Positions 19,100-30,682 of a stretch of 64,000 nucleotides of DNA are shown here, piece by piece. Each line of letters opens with the position of its first letter. The first letter of the stretch is position 1. Origin of the DNA: Alphaproteobacteria bacterium (GTDB lineage Bacteria; Pseudomonadota; Alphaproteobacteria; CAAHEQ01; UBA3637); assembly GCA_045605805.1 (NCBI GenBank), contig JAZUQR010000027.1, positions 128,001 to 192,000 on the forward strand. Direction: 5' to 3'. Position numbers and translations under genes: made by a program. Under the pieces are notes generated by a model. It did not search any database, was not told the origin of the DNA, and saw only the letters and a list, made by a program, of their open reading frames with translations.

Positions 19100-20193
19100 C
19101 ACAAAAAACAATCGTTTTAACAACAGGTGGCTCTGGTGGCCATATTTTTCCGGCCCAAAGCGTGGCAACAGAACTGTTAAAGCGGGGCTATAAAGTAATT
19201 TTTATCACAGATAAACGGGGCAACGCTTTTCAAAATCTGCCCGAAGTAAAAACCTATCGTTTGGCGGCCGAATCTGTGACAGGGCGTTCTGTATTTGGTA
19301 AAATCACCGCCTTATTCAAACTGTGGCTTGGATCGGTTCAGGCCATGAAATTATTATTTCAAATCAAACCTGATTTGGTCATCGGCTTTGGTGGATATGC
19401 CTCCATTCCAACAGTTTTAAGCGCCCACATGATGCGCCTGCCGGTTATCTTGCACGAACAAAATGCCATTTTGGGCCGAGCGAATCGGATTGCCGCCAAA
19501 GGCACACGCATGATTGCCACCTCGTTCGCTCATGTACAACGCATTCCCAATAACATTCCGTCCATTCATGTGGGACAACCGGTACGCCAACCAATTTTGG
19601 ATAAAGCAAATGCCCCTTATCCACAAAGTGAGACATTCAATTTGTTGATTTTTGGGGGCAGCCAAGGGGCCCGTTTTTTCAGCGAACACTTGCCCCAAGT
19701 TTTAATGGACTTGCCAACAGAATATCGCCAGAAAATCATCCTAACACAGCAAGTGCGCCCCGAAGATGAAGAAAAGGTAAAACAAGCCTATGAAAAGGCT
19801 CAATTCAAACAATTGACATTGGCCCCATTTTTCAAAAATATGCCTGATCTTTTTGAACAAGCCAATTTAGTCATCGGACGAGGTGGAGCCGGCACATTGA
19901 CCGAAGTAATGGTGGTGGGTCGCCCTGCTTTGATTATTCCTTTGCCATCCGCTGCCGATAATCATCAAGCAGCCAATGCCAAGGAATTGGAACAAGCCAA
20001 GGCCGGTTGGGTTTTGGAACAAAAAGACTTTGATGCAAAAAAATTAACCCAACAGCTCAAAGAATGGATAGACAATCCAACCCTTCTGAAAGAAATGGGC
20101 CAAAAAGCACATAATGTTGCCATCATCAACGCCGCCGAACGCATGGCAGATATTGTGGATGATATCACAAAAGGGGTCAACAATGACATCTAG
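19096..20193 (+). CDS. murG: Lipid II GlcNAc transferase
   Basis: GGSGGHIFP, HEQNA and FGGSQGA motifs; ATGA overlap with ftsW fixes the start at 19096. Confidence 0.97.
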   Translation: MTQKTIVLTTGGSGGHIFPAQSVATELLKRGYKVIFITDKRGNAFQNLPEVKTYRLAAESVTGRSVFGKITALFKLWLGSVQAMKLLFQIKPDLVIGFGGYASIPTVLSAHMMRLPVILHEQNAILGRANRIAAKGTRMIATSFAHVQRIPNNIPSIHVGQPVRQPILDKANAPYPQSETFNLLIFGGSQGARFFSEHLPQVLMDLPTEYRQKIILTQQVRPEDEEKVKQAYEKAQFKQLTLAPFFKNMPDLFEQANLVIGRGGAGTLTEVMVVGRPALIIPLPSAADNHQAANAKELEQAKAGWVLEQKDFDAKKLTQQLKEWIDNPTLLKEMGQKAHNVAIINAAERMADIVDDITKGVNNDI

Positions 20194-21562
20194 TTTTGAT
20201 TTTAAGCGTGTCCATTTTGTGGGCATTGGGGGCATCGGCATGAGTGCCATTGCAGAAATGGTTCAAGCATTGGGCATTCCTGTGCAAGGTTCGGACAAAA
20301 GTGAAAATGACAACATCAAGCGGTTAAAGCAAAAAAATATCCGCATTTTTTCAAATCATAGTCCCGAAAATCTCTTAGGGGCTGATGTCGTGGTCTATTC
20401 CACCGCCACCAAAAACAATATAGAAGTTTTAACAGCACAACAACAAGGCATTGCCATTGCTCATCGTTCTGAAATGTTGGCCGAATTATTAAAATTAAAA
20501 AAAAGCATTTGCGTGGCTGGCACACATGGAAAAACCACAACCAGTTCTTTAATCGCAAGCATTTTAATGGCAGCCGACTTAGATCCCAGTTTCATCATTG
20601 GGGGCATCTTAAACAGCAACCATTCTAACGCCAAAATGGGCAAAGGTGATTGGGTTGTGGCCGAAGCCGATGAATCAGACGGTTCTTTTTTGCGACTGCC
20701 ATCCACCATTTCTGTTGTCACCAACATAGACGCAGAACACATGGACTATTACAAAACATTTGACCACGAAAAAAGTTGTTTTTTAACCATGCTCAACCAA
20801 ACGGCTTTTTATGGCATCAATGTGGTGTGTATGGACCACCCTGTCATACGGGAATTATTACCGAAAATCAAAGACCGTCCAACCATTACCTATGGGTTAA
20901 GCCCCTTGGCAGATGTCTATGCCACACAAATAACACCCACACAAACCGGATCATGTTTTAACCTTTGTGCAAAAATCAACAACACTTCTTTTACAATTGA
21001 AAATGTGTGTTTGAATATGATGGGCGAACATAACATCCAAAATGCTTTGGCAGCCGTTGCTGTGGCATTGCACTTAAAAATCCCACCGCAAATAATCAAA
21101 AAAGCACTGGCCGAGTTTCAAGGCATTCAACGACGGCTAACTTTGCGTGGTTTTTTTCATCATGCACTGGTTTATGATGATTATGCCCATCATCCAAACG
21201 AAATAAAAGCCACCTTATCTGCCTTAAAAGCACATTCCAGTGGTCGTTTAATTGCTTTGTGGCAACCCCACAGATGGTCACGCTTTAACGATTTATACTT
21301 TGATTTTTTGAACGCTTTTGAATTGGCAGATGAAGTTTGTGTCACACCAATTTATGCAGCCGGAGAAACACCTCCCGAAAACAGCCAAAACCCAACTGAT
21401 TTTACCGCAACATTGGGAAAAGTGAAACCAACCCATTTTGCCAAATTGGAAGAAATGGAAGAACACTTACAAAACATCTTAAATCCAAATGATACTTTGG
21501 TCTGTTTGGGCGCAGGCTCTGTGTCTTTATTTTCAAAAGAACTTGTGAAAAAGGAAAAGTAA
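20183..21562 (+). CDS. murC: UDP-MurNAc--L-alanine ligase
   Basis: GIGGIGMS, AGTHGKTTT, EADESDGSF and DDYAHHP motifs. Confidence 0.98.
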   Translation: MTSSFDFKRVHFVGIGGIGMSAIAEMVQALGIPVQGSDKSENDNIKRLKQKNIRIFSNHSPENLLGADVVVYSTATKNNIEVLTAQQQGIAIAHRSEMLAELLKLKKSICVAGTHGKTTTSSLIASILMAADLDPSFIIGGILNSNHSNAKMGKGDWVVAEADESDGSFLRLPSTISVVTNIDAEHMDYYKTFDHEKSCFLTMLNQTAFYGINVVCMDHPVIRELLPKIKDRPTITYGLSPLADVYATQITPTQTGSCFNLCAKINNTSFTIENVCLNMMGEHNIQNALAAVAVALHLKIPPQIIKKALAEFQGIQRRLTLRGFFHHALVYDDYAHHPNEIKATLSALKAHSSGRLIALWQPHRWSRFNDLYFDFLNAFELADEVCVTPIYAAGETPPENSQNPTDFTATLGKVKPTHFAKLEEMEEHLQNILNPNDTLVCLGAGSVSLFSKELVKKEK

Positions 21563-22468
21563 ATGGCCACAACTTCTAAATTAAACATCATCGGATTAAA
21601 AGCCCCCATCCAACACCACAAAGAATTGGCCCCGCAAACATGGCTGGGCGTGGGCGGTCAAGCCGAATTTTACATTGAACCGCAAGATATCACAGATTTA
21701 CAATTGATTTTAAGTCAAAATCCAAATCTGCCTATCACACTGCTGGGCGCAGGAAGTAATGTTTTGATTCGTGACGCAGGTATTTCAGGCCTAGTCATTC
21801 ATTTAGCCAACGGATTCAAAAATTACACTGTGGATAAAAATAAAATCACAGCCGGTGCGGGTCTGTCCCTAATCAAATTGGCCACCATTGCGGCCGAATG
21901 TGGGATATCTGGGTTTGAGTTTATGTCTGGCATCCCCGGATCGTTGGGCGGAGGGCTGAAAATGAATGCAGGGGCTTACGGATCGGATTTATCCGCCCTC
22001 TGCACCCAAGTGGTCTTTATGGATAAAGAAGGGAAAATCAACAAAATAAACCCTAAAACAACCGATTTTTTTGCCTATCGTCACAGTGATTTGCCTCCTG
22101 ATGGCATTTTCATTGAGGCCACCCTTGAAGGAACGCCCAAAAATAAAAACGAGATTTTACAAACCATGGCTGAATTAAAACAAAAACGCCAAAGCACTCA
22201 ACCGCAAGGCGTAAAAACAGCCGGTTCCACATTCAAAAATCCACCCGATTGTGCCGCATGGAAATTGATTGACGAAGCTGGATTAAGAGGCTACACTCAT
22301 AACGGGGCAAAAATAAGCGAAAAACATTCAAACTTTATGATAAACGCCAACAATGCCACCGCCACTGATTTAGAAGAATTGGGCGAATTTGTCCGTCAAC
22401 AAGTAAAACAAAAAACAGGTCATACACTGGAATGGGAAATAAAAATTATCGGAAAAAAGGAAAAATAA
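21563..22468 (+). CDS. murB: UDP-N-acetylenolpyruvoylglucosamine reductase
   Basis: LGAGSN, MNAGAYG, AGSTFKNP, KHSNF and LEWE motifs. Confidence 0.97.
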   Translation: MATTSKLNIIGLKAPIQHHKELAPQTWLGVGGQAEFYIEPQDITDLQLILSQNPNLPITLLGAGSNVLIRDAGISGLVIHLANGFKNYTVDKNKITAGAGLSLIKLATIAAECGISGFEFMSGIPGSLGGGLKMNAGAYGSDLSALCTQVVFMDKEGKINKINPKTTDFFAYRHSDLPPDGIFIEATLEGTPKNKNEILQTMAELKQKRQSTQPQGVKTAGSTFKNPPDCAAWKLIDEAGLRGYTHNGAKISEKHSNFMINANNATATDLEELGEFVRQQVKQKTGHTLEWEIKIIGKKEK

Positions 22469-22469
22469 A

Positions 22470-23390
22470 ATGAAGAAAATTGAAAAAGTTGCAGTCGTCA
22501 TGGGCGGTCTTTCTTCGGAACGGGAAATCTCGTTTCAATCAGGCAAAGGCGTGGCGCAAGCATTAAAACAAAAAGGCTATACCGTTTTGGAAATTGATTT
22601 AACAAACAATATCGCCTCATTTGTCCAACAATTAAACACCTTTAAGCCGGATGTCGTTTTCAATGCCCTTCATGGACGCTATGGCGAAGACGGTTGTATT
22701 CAAGGAATGTTAAACCTGATGCAAATCCCCTATACACATTCTGGCGTTCAAGCCTCTGCCATAGGAATGGATAAAAACAAAACACGGCAATTAGCCGAAA
22801 GTTTACATATTCCCGTGGCCAAAGGCGGATTAAAAAGCAAACAGGATTTACAAAATCAAATGCCCGATTTGCCCTATGTTGTCAAACCCAACGATGATGG
22901 GTCATCCTTTGGCGTTCAAATCATCCGCACCCCACAAGAACATGAACAACTGTTAAAAGATTGGCCGGATGTGGAATACCAATTGGTGGAAGAATATATT
23001 GCAGGGCGAGAATTGTCATTTGCCATCTTAAACAACCAATATCTTGGGTCTGTGGAATTGGTTCCCGAATCCGGTTTTTACGACTTTGAAAACAAATATA
23101 CAGCTGGCAAAACACAACACCTGATTCCGGCCCCACTGCCCAAAGAACAAGAAGAATTGGCCGCCCAATACAGCCTTCAAATTCATCAGGCATTGGGCTG
23201 TCGTGGCACAACTCGTTGTGATTTCAGGTATGACGATACAAATCCATCCCAGCCCAAATTGGTCTTTTTGGAAATCAATACGAACCCAGGGATGACACCA
23301 TTTTCTTTGGTTCCAGATATTGCCAAATCAAAAAAAATTGCGTATGATGAACTTGTGGATAAAATTGTAAGGGAAGCGCAATGCGATTAA
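22470..23390 (+). CDS. ddl: D-alanine--D-alanine ligase
   Basis: GGLSSEREIS, LHGRYGEDG and EINTNPGMT motifs. Confidence 0.97.
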   Translation: MKKIEKVAVVMGGLSSEREISFQSGKGVAQALKQKGYTVLEIDLTNNIASFVQQLNTFKPDVVFNALHGRYGEDGCIQGMLNLMQIPYTHSGVQASAIGMDKNKTRQLAESLHIPVAKGGLKSKQDLQNQMPDLPYVVKPNDDGSSFGVQIIRTPQEHEQLLKDWPDVEYQLVEEYIAGRELSFAILNNQYLGSVELVPESGFYDFENKYTAGKTQHLIPAPLPKEQEELAAQYSLQIHQALGCRGTTRCDFRYDDTNPSQPKLVFLEINTNPGMTPFSLVPDIAKSKKIAYDELVDKIVREAQCD

Positions 23391-24190
23391 ACTATAACTT
23401 TTTGAAATGGTCTTTGAAAGCCCGCACCTTCATCGCAGGTGGGGTTTGGCTGATTGTGGGCATCATTGCCTTTTTCTGTTCCCACACAGGGCATCAATTC
23501 ACAAATTGGGCCCAAAACGGCATCAATACCATTTTTCAAAAAGGAAATTGCCACCTTCAACAAGTACAAGTGGTTTGGCAAAACGAATTTCATTACACAA
23601 AAACCGAAACAATTTTGAAAACAATCGGTCTGCAACAAGGCAGCCCCATGGCGGACATTCACTTAAACGAAATCCAATCAAAGGTTAAACAACTGCCTTG
23701 GGTGCGTATGGCAGTTGTGGAAAGATATTGGCCAAACGAAATCAAAATCACCATTGAAGAAAAAATACCTTTGGCCTTGTGGCAAAATAACCATAAATAC
23801 CATCCATTAGATGAACAAGCCGAAATCATCAAAACAAACACCCAATTACCGGCCGACCTGTTGTTGGTTGTCGGGCCAGATGCGCCAAAGCACTTGATAG
23901 AATTGATAAAAAATCTGGAACAAGTTCCCCAAATCTATCAATATGTGCGGGCAGCGGTACGTTTTGGCGAACGCAGATGGAACCTGAAACTATTCAATGC
24001 CGAACATGGTTTAGAGATTCTGTTGCCCGAAAAAGATGTTTTACAGGCCTTACAGCGTCTGGACCAACATAACAAAGAAGAAAAAATAATCAAACGCCAA
24101 CTGGCAGCCATTGATTTACGCACGCAAGATAAAGTCATCTTAAAACCCATACCCACTCCATCAAAAAAACCGAAAGCAAAGAAAAAATGA
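23381..24190 (+). CDS. ftsQ: Cell division protein FtsQ
   Basis: TM helix, POTRA domain (LPWVR..VERYWP), RRWNL and IDLR motifs; lies between ddl and ftsA. Confidence 0.88.
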   Translation: MRLNYNFLKWSLKARTFIAGGVWLIVGIIAFFCSHTGHQFTNWAQNGINTIFQKGNCHLQQVQVVWQNEFHYTKTETILKTIGLQQGSPMADIHLNEIQSKVKQLPWVRMAVVERYWPNEIKITIEEKIPLALWQNNHKYHPLDEQAEIIKTNTQLPADLLLVVGPDAPKHLIELIKNLEQVPQIYQYVRAAVRFGERRWNLKLFNAEHGLEILLPEKDVLQALQRLDQHNKEEKIIKRQLAAIDLRTQDKVILKPIPTPSKKPKAKKK

Positions 24191-25431
24191 AATCCAACAA
24201 AAAATCAATTTACACTTTTTTGGATATAGGCTCGTCAAAAATATCGTGTCTAATGGCCCGTATGCCCGAAGGCCATGCCCCTGAAATTATCGCCCATAGC
24301 TCAGTTCAATCCAAAGGGATTCAAAATGGGGCAATATGGGATATAGAAGCCGCCAAACTGTGTGTGGATAATGCCTTGCGTCAAGCCGAAAAAATGGCCG
24401 GACGCACAATTACAAGCGTGTTTGTCAATGTATCATCCAGCCAATTAAAATCCGTTCAATTATATGATGAAATGGATATTCCAACCGGTCGCACCATCAC
24501 AAGCGAAGATGTCCAACAACTGGTCAATGGCATCATCACATCACAAATCCCCGCAGATGAAGAAATCTTACATGCCATTCCTGTGGGTTATACAGTTGAT
24601 CAAGAACACGGACGAAGTGATCCTCGAGGGATTCACGGCAAAACATTGGGGGCAAGAATCCATGTCATCACCATTCCACAAACACAGATATTAAACCTGT
24701 TAAAAGTGTTAGATTGGTGTCATGTCACTGTGGCTGGCAAAGTAGCCACCCCCTACGCAAGTGCCTTGTCTGTTTTAACGGAAGATGAAATGGATTTAGG
24801 GGCAACGGTCATAGATTTTGGGGCCGGCACAACAAGCTATGCCATCATCATTGCCGGTGGCTTGATGCAACTAGGTCTTATCCCGCAAGGAGGCAATGAA
24901 ATCACCCGAGCCATTGCCCAAACATTTAATACCGACTTACAAAATGCCGAGCGCAAAAAAGTATTAAACGGAGCCGCCACCCTGGTCCCACGAGATGAAG
25001 TAGAACCGGTCATCATCCCTGTGTTGGGAGACGATACAGGCACAAACATCCAAATTATGCGATCAAATCTTATCAGTTGTATTCTGCCACATTTGGAAGA
25101 TATCCTGACAAAACTCAACGCTTTTTTAACACAAGATATCACCTTTTCTTCTGTGGCAAACCGTTATGTTTTAACAGGAGGCAGTGCCGGTTTTGACGGT
25201 CTTGTGGAAAAAACAGGCCAATTTTTGGGCGGCATCGCCCGCATGGGAAAAATAAAAGAAATAAAAAACTTGCCAAAAGAGTATGATTCGTGTACATTTA
25301 ATATATGCGTTGGATTATTGGTCTATGCCAAAATGAGAATGCAAAACAAAGTGTTGGATGATTTTCAAGAAAAACCAACTGTCATCGGTTGGCTCGGAAA
25401 GGTAAAAGAATGGCTGAAACAAAACCTATAG
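24187..25431 (+). CDS. ftsA: Cell division protein FtsA
   Basis: [20 protein letters not shown] motifs and amphipathic C-terminus WLKQNL. Confidence 0.95.
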   Translation: MKSNKKSIYTFLDIGSSKISCLMARMPEGHAPEIIAHSSVQSKGIQNGAIWDIEAAKLCVDNALRQAEKMAGRTITSVFVNVSSSQLKSVQLYDEMDIPTGRTITSEDVQQLVNGIITSQIPADEEILHAIPVGYTVDQEHGRSDPRGIHGKTLGARIHVITIPQTQILNLLKVLDWCHVTVAGKVATPYASALSVLTEDEMDLGATVIDFGAGTTSYAIIIAGGLMQLGLIPQGGNEITRAIAQTFNTDLQNAERKKVLNGAATLVPRDEVEPVIIPVLGDDTGTNIQIMRSNLISCILPHLEDILTKLNAFLTQDITFSSVANRYVLTGGSAGFDGLVEKTGQFLGGIARMGKIKEIKNLPKEYDSCTFNICVGLLVYAKMRMQNKVLDDFQEKPTVIGWLGKVKEWLKQNL

Positions 25432-26915
25432 ATACATTACAAATCGGATTGGCAACCCCACCACCGGAAGTTTTATTAACCCCAAACATTGGTGTAATTG
25501 GTGTGGGTGGTGCCGGTGGAAATGCCGTCAATAATATGATTGCCTCTAATTTAACAGGGGTCAGCTTTTTTGCGGCCAACACAGATGCACAAGCCTTGTC
25601 AAAATCTTTATGTTCCGAACGCATCCAACTGGGCATTAAAACCACCCAAGGGTTGGGGGCAGGCGCTCATCCCGAAGTTGGCAAGGCCTCGGCCGAAGAA
25701 TCTGCCGATAAAATTAAAGAAGAAATCACAGGTCTGCATTTACTGTTTTTAACGGCTGGAATGGGGGGAGGAACCGGAACCGGTGCTTTACCTGTCATCG
25801 CAAAAATGGCTCATGAAATGGGTATTATGACGGTTGCCGTTGTGTCTACACCTTTTATGTTTGAAGGCCAAAAGCGCATGAAAACAGCCCAAGGCGGTAT
25901 TGAAGAATTAAAAAAATATGTGGATACAATGATTATCGTACCCAACCAAAACCTGTTTCGTGTGGCAAAACCGGATACAACATTTATGGAAGCCTTTAAG
26001 ATGGCAGACGATGTTTTGTGTCAAGGGGTGCGGTCCATTACCGATTTAATTATGAACCCAGGTATCGTGAATTTGGATTTTGCCGACTTGACAACCGTCT
26101 TAAAATCCATGGGGCGTGCCATGATGGGATCGGGCATAGCCTCAGGCGAAAATCGGGCAACTATTGCGGCTGAAAAAGCCCTGTCTAACCCCTTATTGGA
26201 TGATGTATCCATCAAAGGCGCACGCAGCGTTCTGATCAACATTTCTGCCGGCATGGATTTAACATTGGCCGAAGCCGATATCATCAACCAACGCATCACA
26301 GCCGAAGTTGACCCTGATGCCAATATCATCTCTGGCACCACTTTGAATCAAGATATCACAGGCTCTATTCAAGTTTCTGTTGTGGCCACAGGGCTTGACC
26401 CAAAAACACAACCCGTTGGCACACAATCAACAATTGCCATCAACACACAAACAGAAACATTGGTCACACCACCCCAAAACCCAATTCCAACGGCCACAGC
26501 CACTGTTTCACAACCCGAGCCCCCAAAAGAAGAACAACCTTCTTTAATTCCAACGATGGACTTTGGATGCACACCGTTTGTTAAAGTGGCTGCCACACCT
26601 GCCGAAGATTTGGTGGTTGAAGGGACAGAACAGGCCGAACCCACACAGGAAACCTTATTGCCAAATCCTGTACCACACATTGATGCTGTGCAGGAAATAC
26701 CGCAAAGTATCCCCCAAGAACAACCCATCAATTTGGATCATAAAACAGCCGAAGCCAATGTCACTTCTGTGAAACCGGATTTATTCAAATTGGTACCTGG
26801 GTTATGGAATCTGCGCAATACAAGTGGCACAAAAGCCCCGCAAAAATCAAAGGAAAAAGAAAAAGAAGCCCCAATTCCCGAATTGGATTTATCTATCCCA
26901 AGTTTTTTCAAATAA
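25410..26915 (+). CDS. ftsZ: Cell division protein FtsZ
   Basis: [23 protein letters not shown], long Pro/Thr-rich linker, C-terminal LSIPSFF peptide. Confidence 0.98.
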   Translation: MAETKPIDTLQIGLATPPPEVLLTPNIGVIGVGGAGGNAVNNMIASNLTGVSFFAANTDAQALSKSLCSERIQLGIKTTQGLGAGAHPEVGKASAEESADKIKEEITGLHLLFLTAGMGGGTGTGALPVIAKMAHEMGIMTVAVVSTPFMFEGQKRMKTAQGGIEELKKYVDTMIIVPNQNLFRVAKPDTTFMEAFKMADDVLCQGVRSITDLIMNPGIVNLDFADLTTVLKSMGRAMMGSGIASGENRATIAAEKALSNPLLDDVSIKGARSVLINISAGMDLTLAEADIINQRITAEVDPDANIISGTTLNQDITGSIQVSVVATGLDPKTQPVGTQSTIAINTQTETLVTPPQNPIPTATATVSQPEPPKEEQPSLIPTMDFGCTPFVKVAATPAEDLVVEGTEQAEPTQETLLPNPVPHIDAVQEIPQSIPQEQPINLDHKTAEANVTSVKPDLFKLVPGLWNLRNTSGTKAPQKSKEKEKEAPIPELDLSIPSFFK

Positions 26916-26918
26916 ACC

Positions 26919-27854
26919 TTAAATAGATAAAAAGCGTTTGTGACGACTTTCTACCAATTCTTCTGGGGATTGTTTTATCAACTGTGCCAAGTATTTTTCA
27001 ATCACTTGTGCCACCGAACGCATCGTTTCTTCGGTAAAGCGGTGAGCCCCCCCTAACGGTTCAGGAATCACCTCTTCCACCACCTTTAATTTCAACATAT
27101 CATGGGCAGTCAAATGCAAAATCTCCGTGGCCTTTTGAGCATATTTGAAATCTTTCCATAAAATGGAGGCACACCCTTCCGGCGAAATCACCGAATAAAT
27201 GGCATGTTCAAGCATCAACACAACATTTCCGCTGGCCAACGCCAAAGCCCCTCCACTGCCCCCTTCACCAATCACACAACTGATAACAGGTACTTTCAAG
27301 TTCAAACAAGTTTCAATGCAAGAAGCAATAGCTTGCCCTTGCCCATGGGCTTCGGCTTCCACCCCAGGGAAAGCACCGGCCGTATCCACCAAAGTAATCA
27401 CAGGCACACCATATTGTTCGGCCAATTTCATCAAACGAATAGCCTTACGATAACCTTCTGGCCGAGCCATACCAAAATTGTGTTTCAAACGAGTATCAAT
27501 ATCATGGCCTTTCTCAGTTCCAATCACCATCACAGTGCGTCCATTAAACTTAGCCAATCCCCCTACAATAGCCGCATCCTCACCATTCAAGCGATCGCCA
27601 CATAACAATTCAAAATCGTCAAAAATAAAATGAATATAATCCACTGCATGAGGGCGTGATTCATGCCGAGCCACCTGAGCTTTTTGCCAAGGGGTCAATT
27701 TTTCATAAGCCTGTTTAATCACCCGAGAACGCTTAGAGGTCAACCGTTTTATTTCCAGTTTATTTTTTTCACTAACGGCTTTTTCGCCCGTTGCCAAACG
27801 AGCCAATTTTTCATCCACCTCTTTAATTGTGCGTTCAAAATCAAGATATTGCAT
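26919..27854 (-). CDS. accA: Acetyl-CoA carboxylase carboxyltransferase subunit alpha
   Basis: YLDFE, PEGYRKA, GEGGSGGA and YSVISPEGCASIL motifs. Confidence 0.97.
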   Translation of the reverse strand: MQYLDFERTIKEVDEKLARLATGEKAVSEKNKLEIKRLTSKRSRVIKQAYEKLTPWQKAQVARHESRPHAVDYIHFIFDDFELLCGDRLNGEDAAIVGGLAKFNGRTVMVIGTEKGHDIDTRLKHNFGMARPEGYRKAIRLMKLAEQYGVPVITLVDTAGAFPGVEAEAHGQGQAIASCIETCLNLKVPVISCVIGEGGSGGALALASGNVVLMLEHAIYSVISPEGCASILWKDFKYAQKATEILHLTAHDMLKLKVVEEVIPEPLGGAHRFTEETMRSVAQVIEKYLAQLIKQSPEELVESRHKRFLSI

Positions 27855-27934
27855 CTTTCATCCTTTTTGTTTGCTTTTTATAATTATACAAGGTATAATT
27901 CAAAAAGTCCAGCATAAAAAGAAAGGCAAAAAAA

Positions 27935-28264
27935 ATGACACCGTACTTATTTTGGGAATTGATGATTTTAATCACAGGGGTTTGGCTGATTGCTATTTTG
28001 TTTTTCATCTATGGTTGGGTGTTGATAAAAAAACAAAAACAAATGCTTCATGATTTTTATCAATTTTTGGCCACCCAATCTCCTTTACAAGAAACACCCC
28101 CCTTTCAACAGAACGAACAAACCATACCAGAATCAGACCGTGAACCTGAAACCGAACAAGAACCGATGCACATTGAAATATCAAAAGAAGAACTCATTGC
28201 AAAATATGAAAATATGAACCCGCAAAATCCTGTGGATATTTCTTTTATAGACGAGGAAAAATGA
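27935..28264 (+). CDS. Hypothetical membrane-anchored protein
   Basis: N-terminal TM helix, acidic tail, GAAAGG RBS, ATGA overlap with the next gene. Confidence 0.65.
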   Translation: MTPYLFWELMILITGVWLIAILFFIYGWVLIKKQKQMLHDFYQFLATQSPLQETPPFQQNEQTIPESDREPETEQEPMHIEISKEELIAKYENMNPQNPVDISFIDEEK

Positions 28265-30009
28265 AACTTTTCTTTTTTCTTTTTTGCTTTTGTGCATTCC
28301 CTGTTTTTGCCGGACACGGTCTTGCCCTACATGGCGAACCAAAATTACCCCAAGGCTTTAAGCATTTTGATTATGTCAACCCAAACGCCCCCAAAAAAGG
28401 CCATTTAACAAACGCTATGTCACATGGTTTTGATACATTAAACCCTTTTTCAATCAACGGCATAGCCCCAAGCGGGATTTTTTTAACACACGATACTTTG
28501 ATGAAGCAAAACGCCAACGAAGCCTTTACACAATATGGTTTAATTGCCCAAGAAGTTTTTCTGTCTAAAAACAAAAAAACAGTCACCTTCAAATTAAATC
28601 CCAACGCCCGTTTTAATGATAACAGCCCGATTACAGCCGAAGATGTGCTGTTTTCCTTTAACACATTAAAAGAAAAAGGCTTACCCATTTATCGGGTTTA
28701 TTACCAAGATGTTGAAAAAGCAACGATTGTGAACCCACACACAATTCAATTCACTTTGAAAACTGATAAAAACAAAGAACTCCCTTTAATTTTGGGGCAA
28801 TTGCCCGTGCTATCAAAAAGCTATTGGCAAAACAAAGACTTTGAAAAAACAACCATGCAAATCCCCGTCACAAGTGGCCCCTATCTAATTCAAAAGATAA
28901 CACCAAACCGAAGCATCACCTATCAACGCAACCCAAATTATTGGGCAAAAGACCTCAATGTCAATCAAGGATTTTATAATTTTGATACCATTCAATATGA
29001 CACCTATCTAGACAGCACTGTCACATTGGAAGCCTTACGCAAAGGCATGATAGACCTACATCAAGAAAATGTGGCCAAACGGTGGCAAAATGAACTGCAA
29101 TGGCCTCAATTGAAAGACGGCACTTTAACCGCCACCCAAATCCCCCATCAATTACCAAGTGGCATGCAAGGCTTTGTGTTTAATTTGCGAAACCCTTTAT
29201 TTCAAGATATAAAAGTGCGCCAAGCGCTGACAAAAGTGTTGGATTTTGAATGGATAAATCAAAACCTGTTTTATAATATGTATCAACGCACAACAAGTTA
29301 TTTTGACAATTCTTACTTAAAAGCCCCACCTTTACCGTCAAAAGAAGAATTAGCTCTCTTAAAACCATACGAAAGCGACTTACCGCCCAACACCTTAACC
29401 ACAGCGTTTGAATTAAAAAATCTTCCACCTCGCCAAGCCTTGCGAGAAGCGTTAGATTTGTTGGAACAAGCCGGATGGTCCGTTCAAAACAACATCCTAC
29501 AAAAAGAGGAAAAACCCTTTCAATTTACTCTATTATTGGATGCCAATTCGGCACAAGTGTGGGAACGCATTGCCCTGCCTTTTGTGGCAAGATTAAAGCG
29601 ATTGGGGATTCAGGCCGATATACAGGTGATGGATTTATTACAATATAAAAACAAAATAGATAACTTTGAGTATGATATGATTGTGTTTGTGTGGGGCAAC
29701 TCGTTATCCCCCGGCAATGAACAGATGGATTATTGGGGCAGTCAAGCCGCCCAAACAAAAGGCAGCACAAACCTAACCGGCATTCAAAATAAAGCGATTG
29801 ATGCGATAATTGAAAAAATTAAAAATGCCCAAACCAAACAAGAACTAATAACAGCTACCCACGCACTGGATCGGGTGTTGCTACATCATTATTTGGTCAT
29901 TCCGCACTGGTACAGCGCAACCACCCGCCTCATACACAAACCAGACCTACAACGCCCTAAAACTATTCCCATGAACGGCTTAGATTTAATGACCTGGTGG
30001 AAAAAATAA
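28261..30009 (+). CDS. YejA-like ABC transporter peptide-binding protein (family 5)
   Basis: Signal peptide; HFDYVNPNAPKKG, FDTLNPF, SGPY, SPGNEQ and ALDRVL motifs. Confidence 0.92.
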   Translation: MKLFFFLFCFCAFPVFAGHGLALHGEPKLPQGFKHFDYVNPNAPKKGHLTNAMSHGFDTLNPFSINGIAPSGIFLTHDTLMKQNANEAFTQYGLIAQEVFLSKNKKTVTFKLNPNARFNDNSPITAEDVLFSFNTLKEKGLPIYRVYYQDVEKATIVNPHTIQFTLKTDKNKELPLILGQLPVLSKSYWQNKDFEKTTMQIPVTSGPYLIQKITPNRSITYQRNPNYWAKDLNVNQGFYNFDTIQYDTYLDSTVTLEALRKGMIDLHQENVAKRWQNELQWPQLKDGTLTATQIPHQLPSGMQGFVFNLRNPLFQDIKVRQALTKVLDFEWINQNLFYNMYQRTTSYFDNSYLKAPPLPSKEELALLKPYESDLPPNTLTTAFELKNLPPRQALREALDLLEQAGWSVQNNILQKEEKPFQFTLLLDANSAQVWERIALPFVARLKRLGIQADIQVMDLLQYKNKIDNFEYDMIVFVWGNSLSPGNEQMDYWGSQAAQTKGSTNLTGIQNKAIDAIIEKIKNAQTKQELITATHALDRVLLHHYLVIPHWYSATTRLIHKPDLQRPKTIPMNGLDLMTWWKK

Positions 30010-30067
30010 AATTTCTTCTTGATTTTCTTAAAAAAAAAAGTAAAACTAATATCAAGAGGGTGAGTAA

Positions 30068-30682
30068 ATGAAAAAAATACTGTTATTCGGACTTTTATCT
30101 TGGAGTATTCCCATAAACGCACAAAACCTTTTTTGGTCTTTTGATGATAATCAACAGCCCTTAACAATTGCCCCAGAATGTGATGCCCGTTTTGATGAAG
30201 TGCGTGGCGGTGTGTACATGCCATCTGTGGAAGATGTTTATCATTACGGTTCTATTTTTTTAGAAAACCAATCTTATGAAATTAAACGACAAGCCCCATA
30301 TTGTTTTTTGATTGCAGCCTTTAATGGCCATGTGGATGCCCAATTTAAGCTGGCACAAATGTATAATAAAGGCGATGTCTTGCCACAAGATGATTTAAGT
30401 GCCTATAAGTGGGCGTTCATTGCGGCCTTAAACGGCAAAAAAGAAGCCGAAGATTTTGTTTTAACTTTGGAACAATTTATCACAACCGATGATTTGGAAA
30501 TCACAAACGAAGCCATCCAATCCACTCGCACAAAAATCCAGCAGAACATGGAAGCACAACTGGTGGCTTTAACAGCAGAAAATCAGCAATATCAATCCAA
30601 GCAAGAAACGCTAAGCAATCTCAAAATACCAACACCCACACCTGTGACAAATATCTTTAACAATCAGGATCACTTTGAATGA
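30068..30682 (+). CDS. Exported Sel1-like repeat protein
   Basis: Signal peptide; AAFNGHVDAQFKLAQMYNKG..LPQD..AYKW repeat. Confidence 0.8.
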   Translation: MKKILLFGLLSWSIPINAQNLFWSFDDNQQPLTIAPECDARFDEVRGGVYMPSVEDVYHYGSIFLENQSYEIKRQAPYCFLIAAFNGHVDAQFKLAQMYNKGDVLPQDDLSAYKWAFIAALNGKKEAEDFVLTLEQFITTDDLEITNEAIQSTRTKIQQNMEAQLVALTAENQQYQSKQETLSNLKIPTPTPVTNIFNNQDHFE

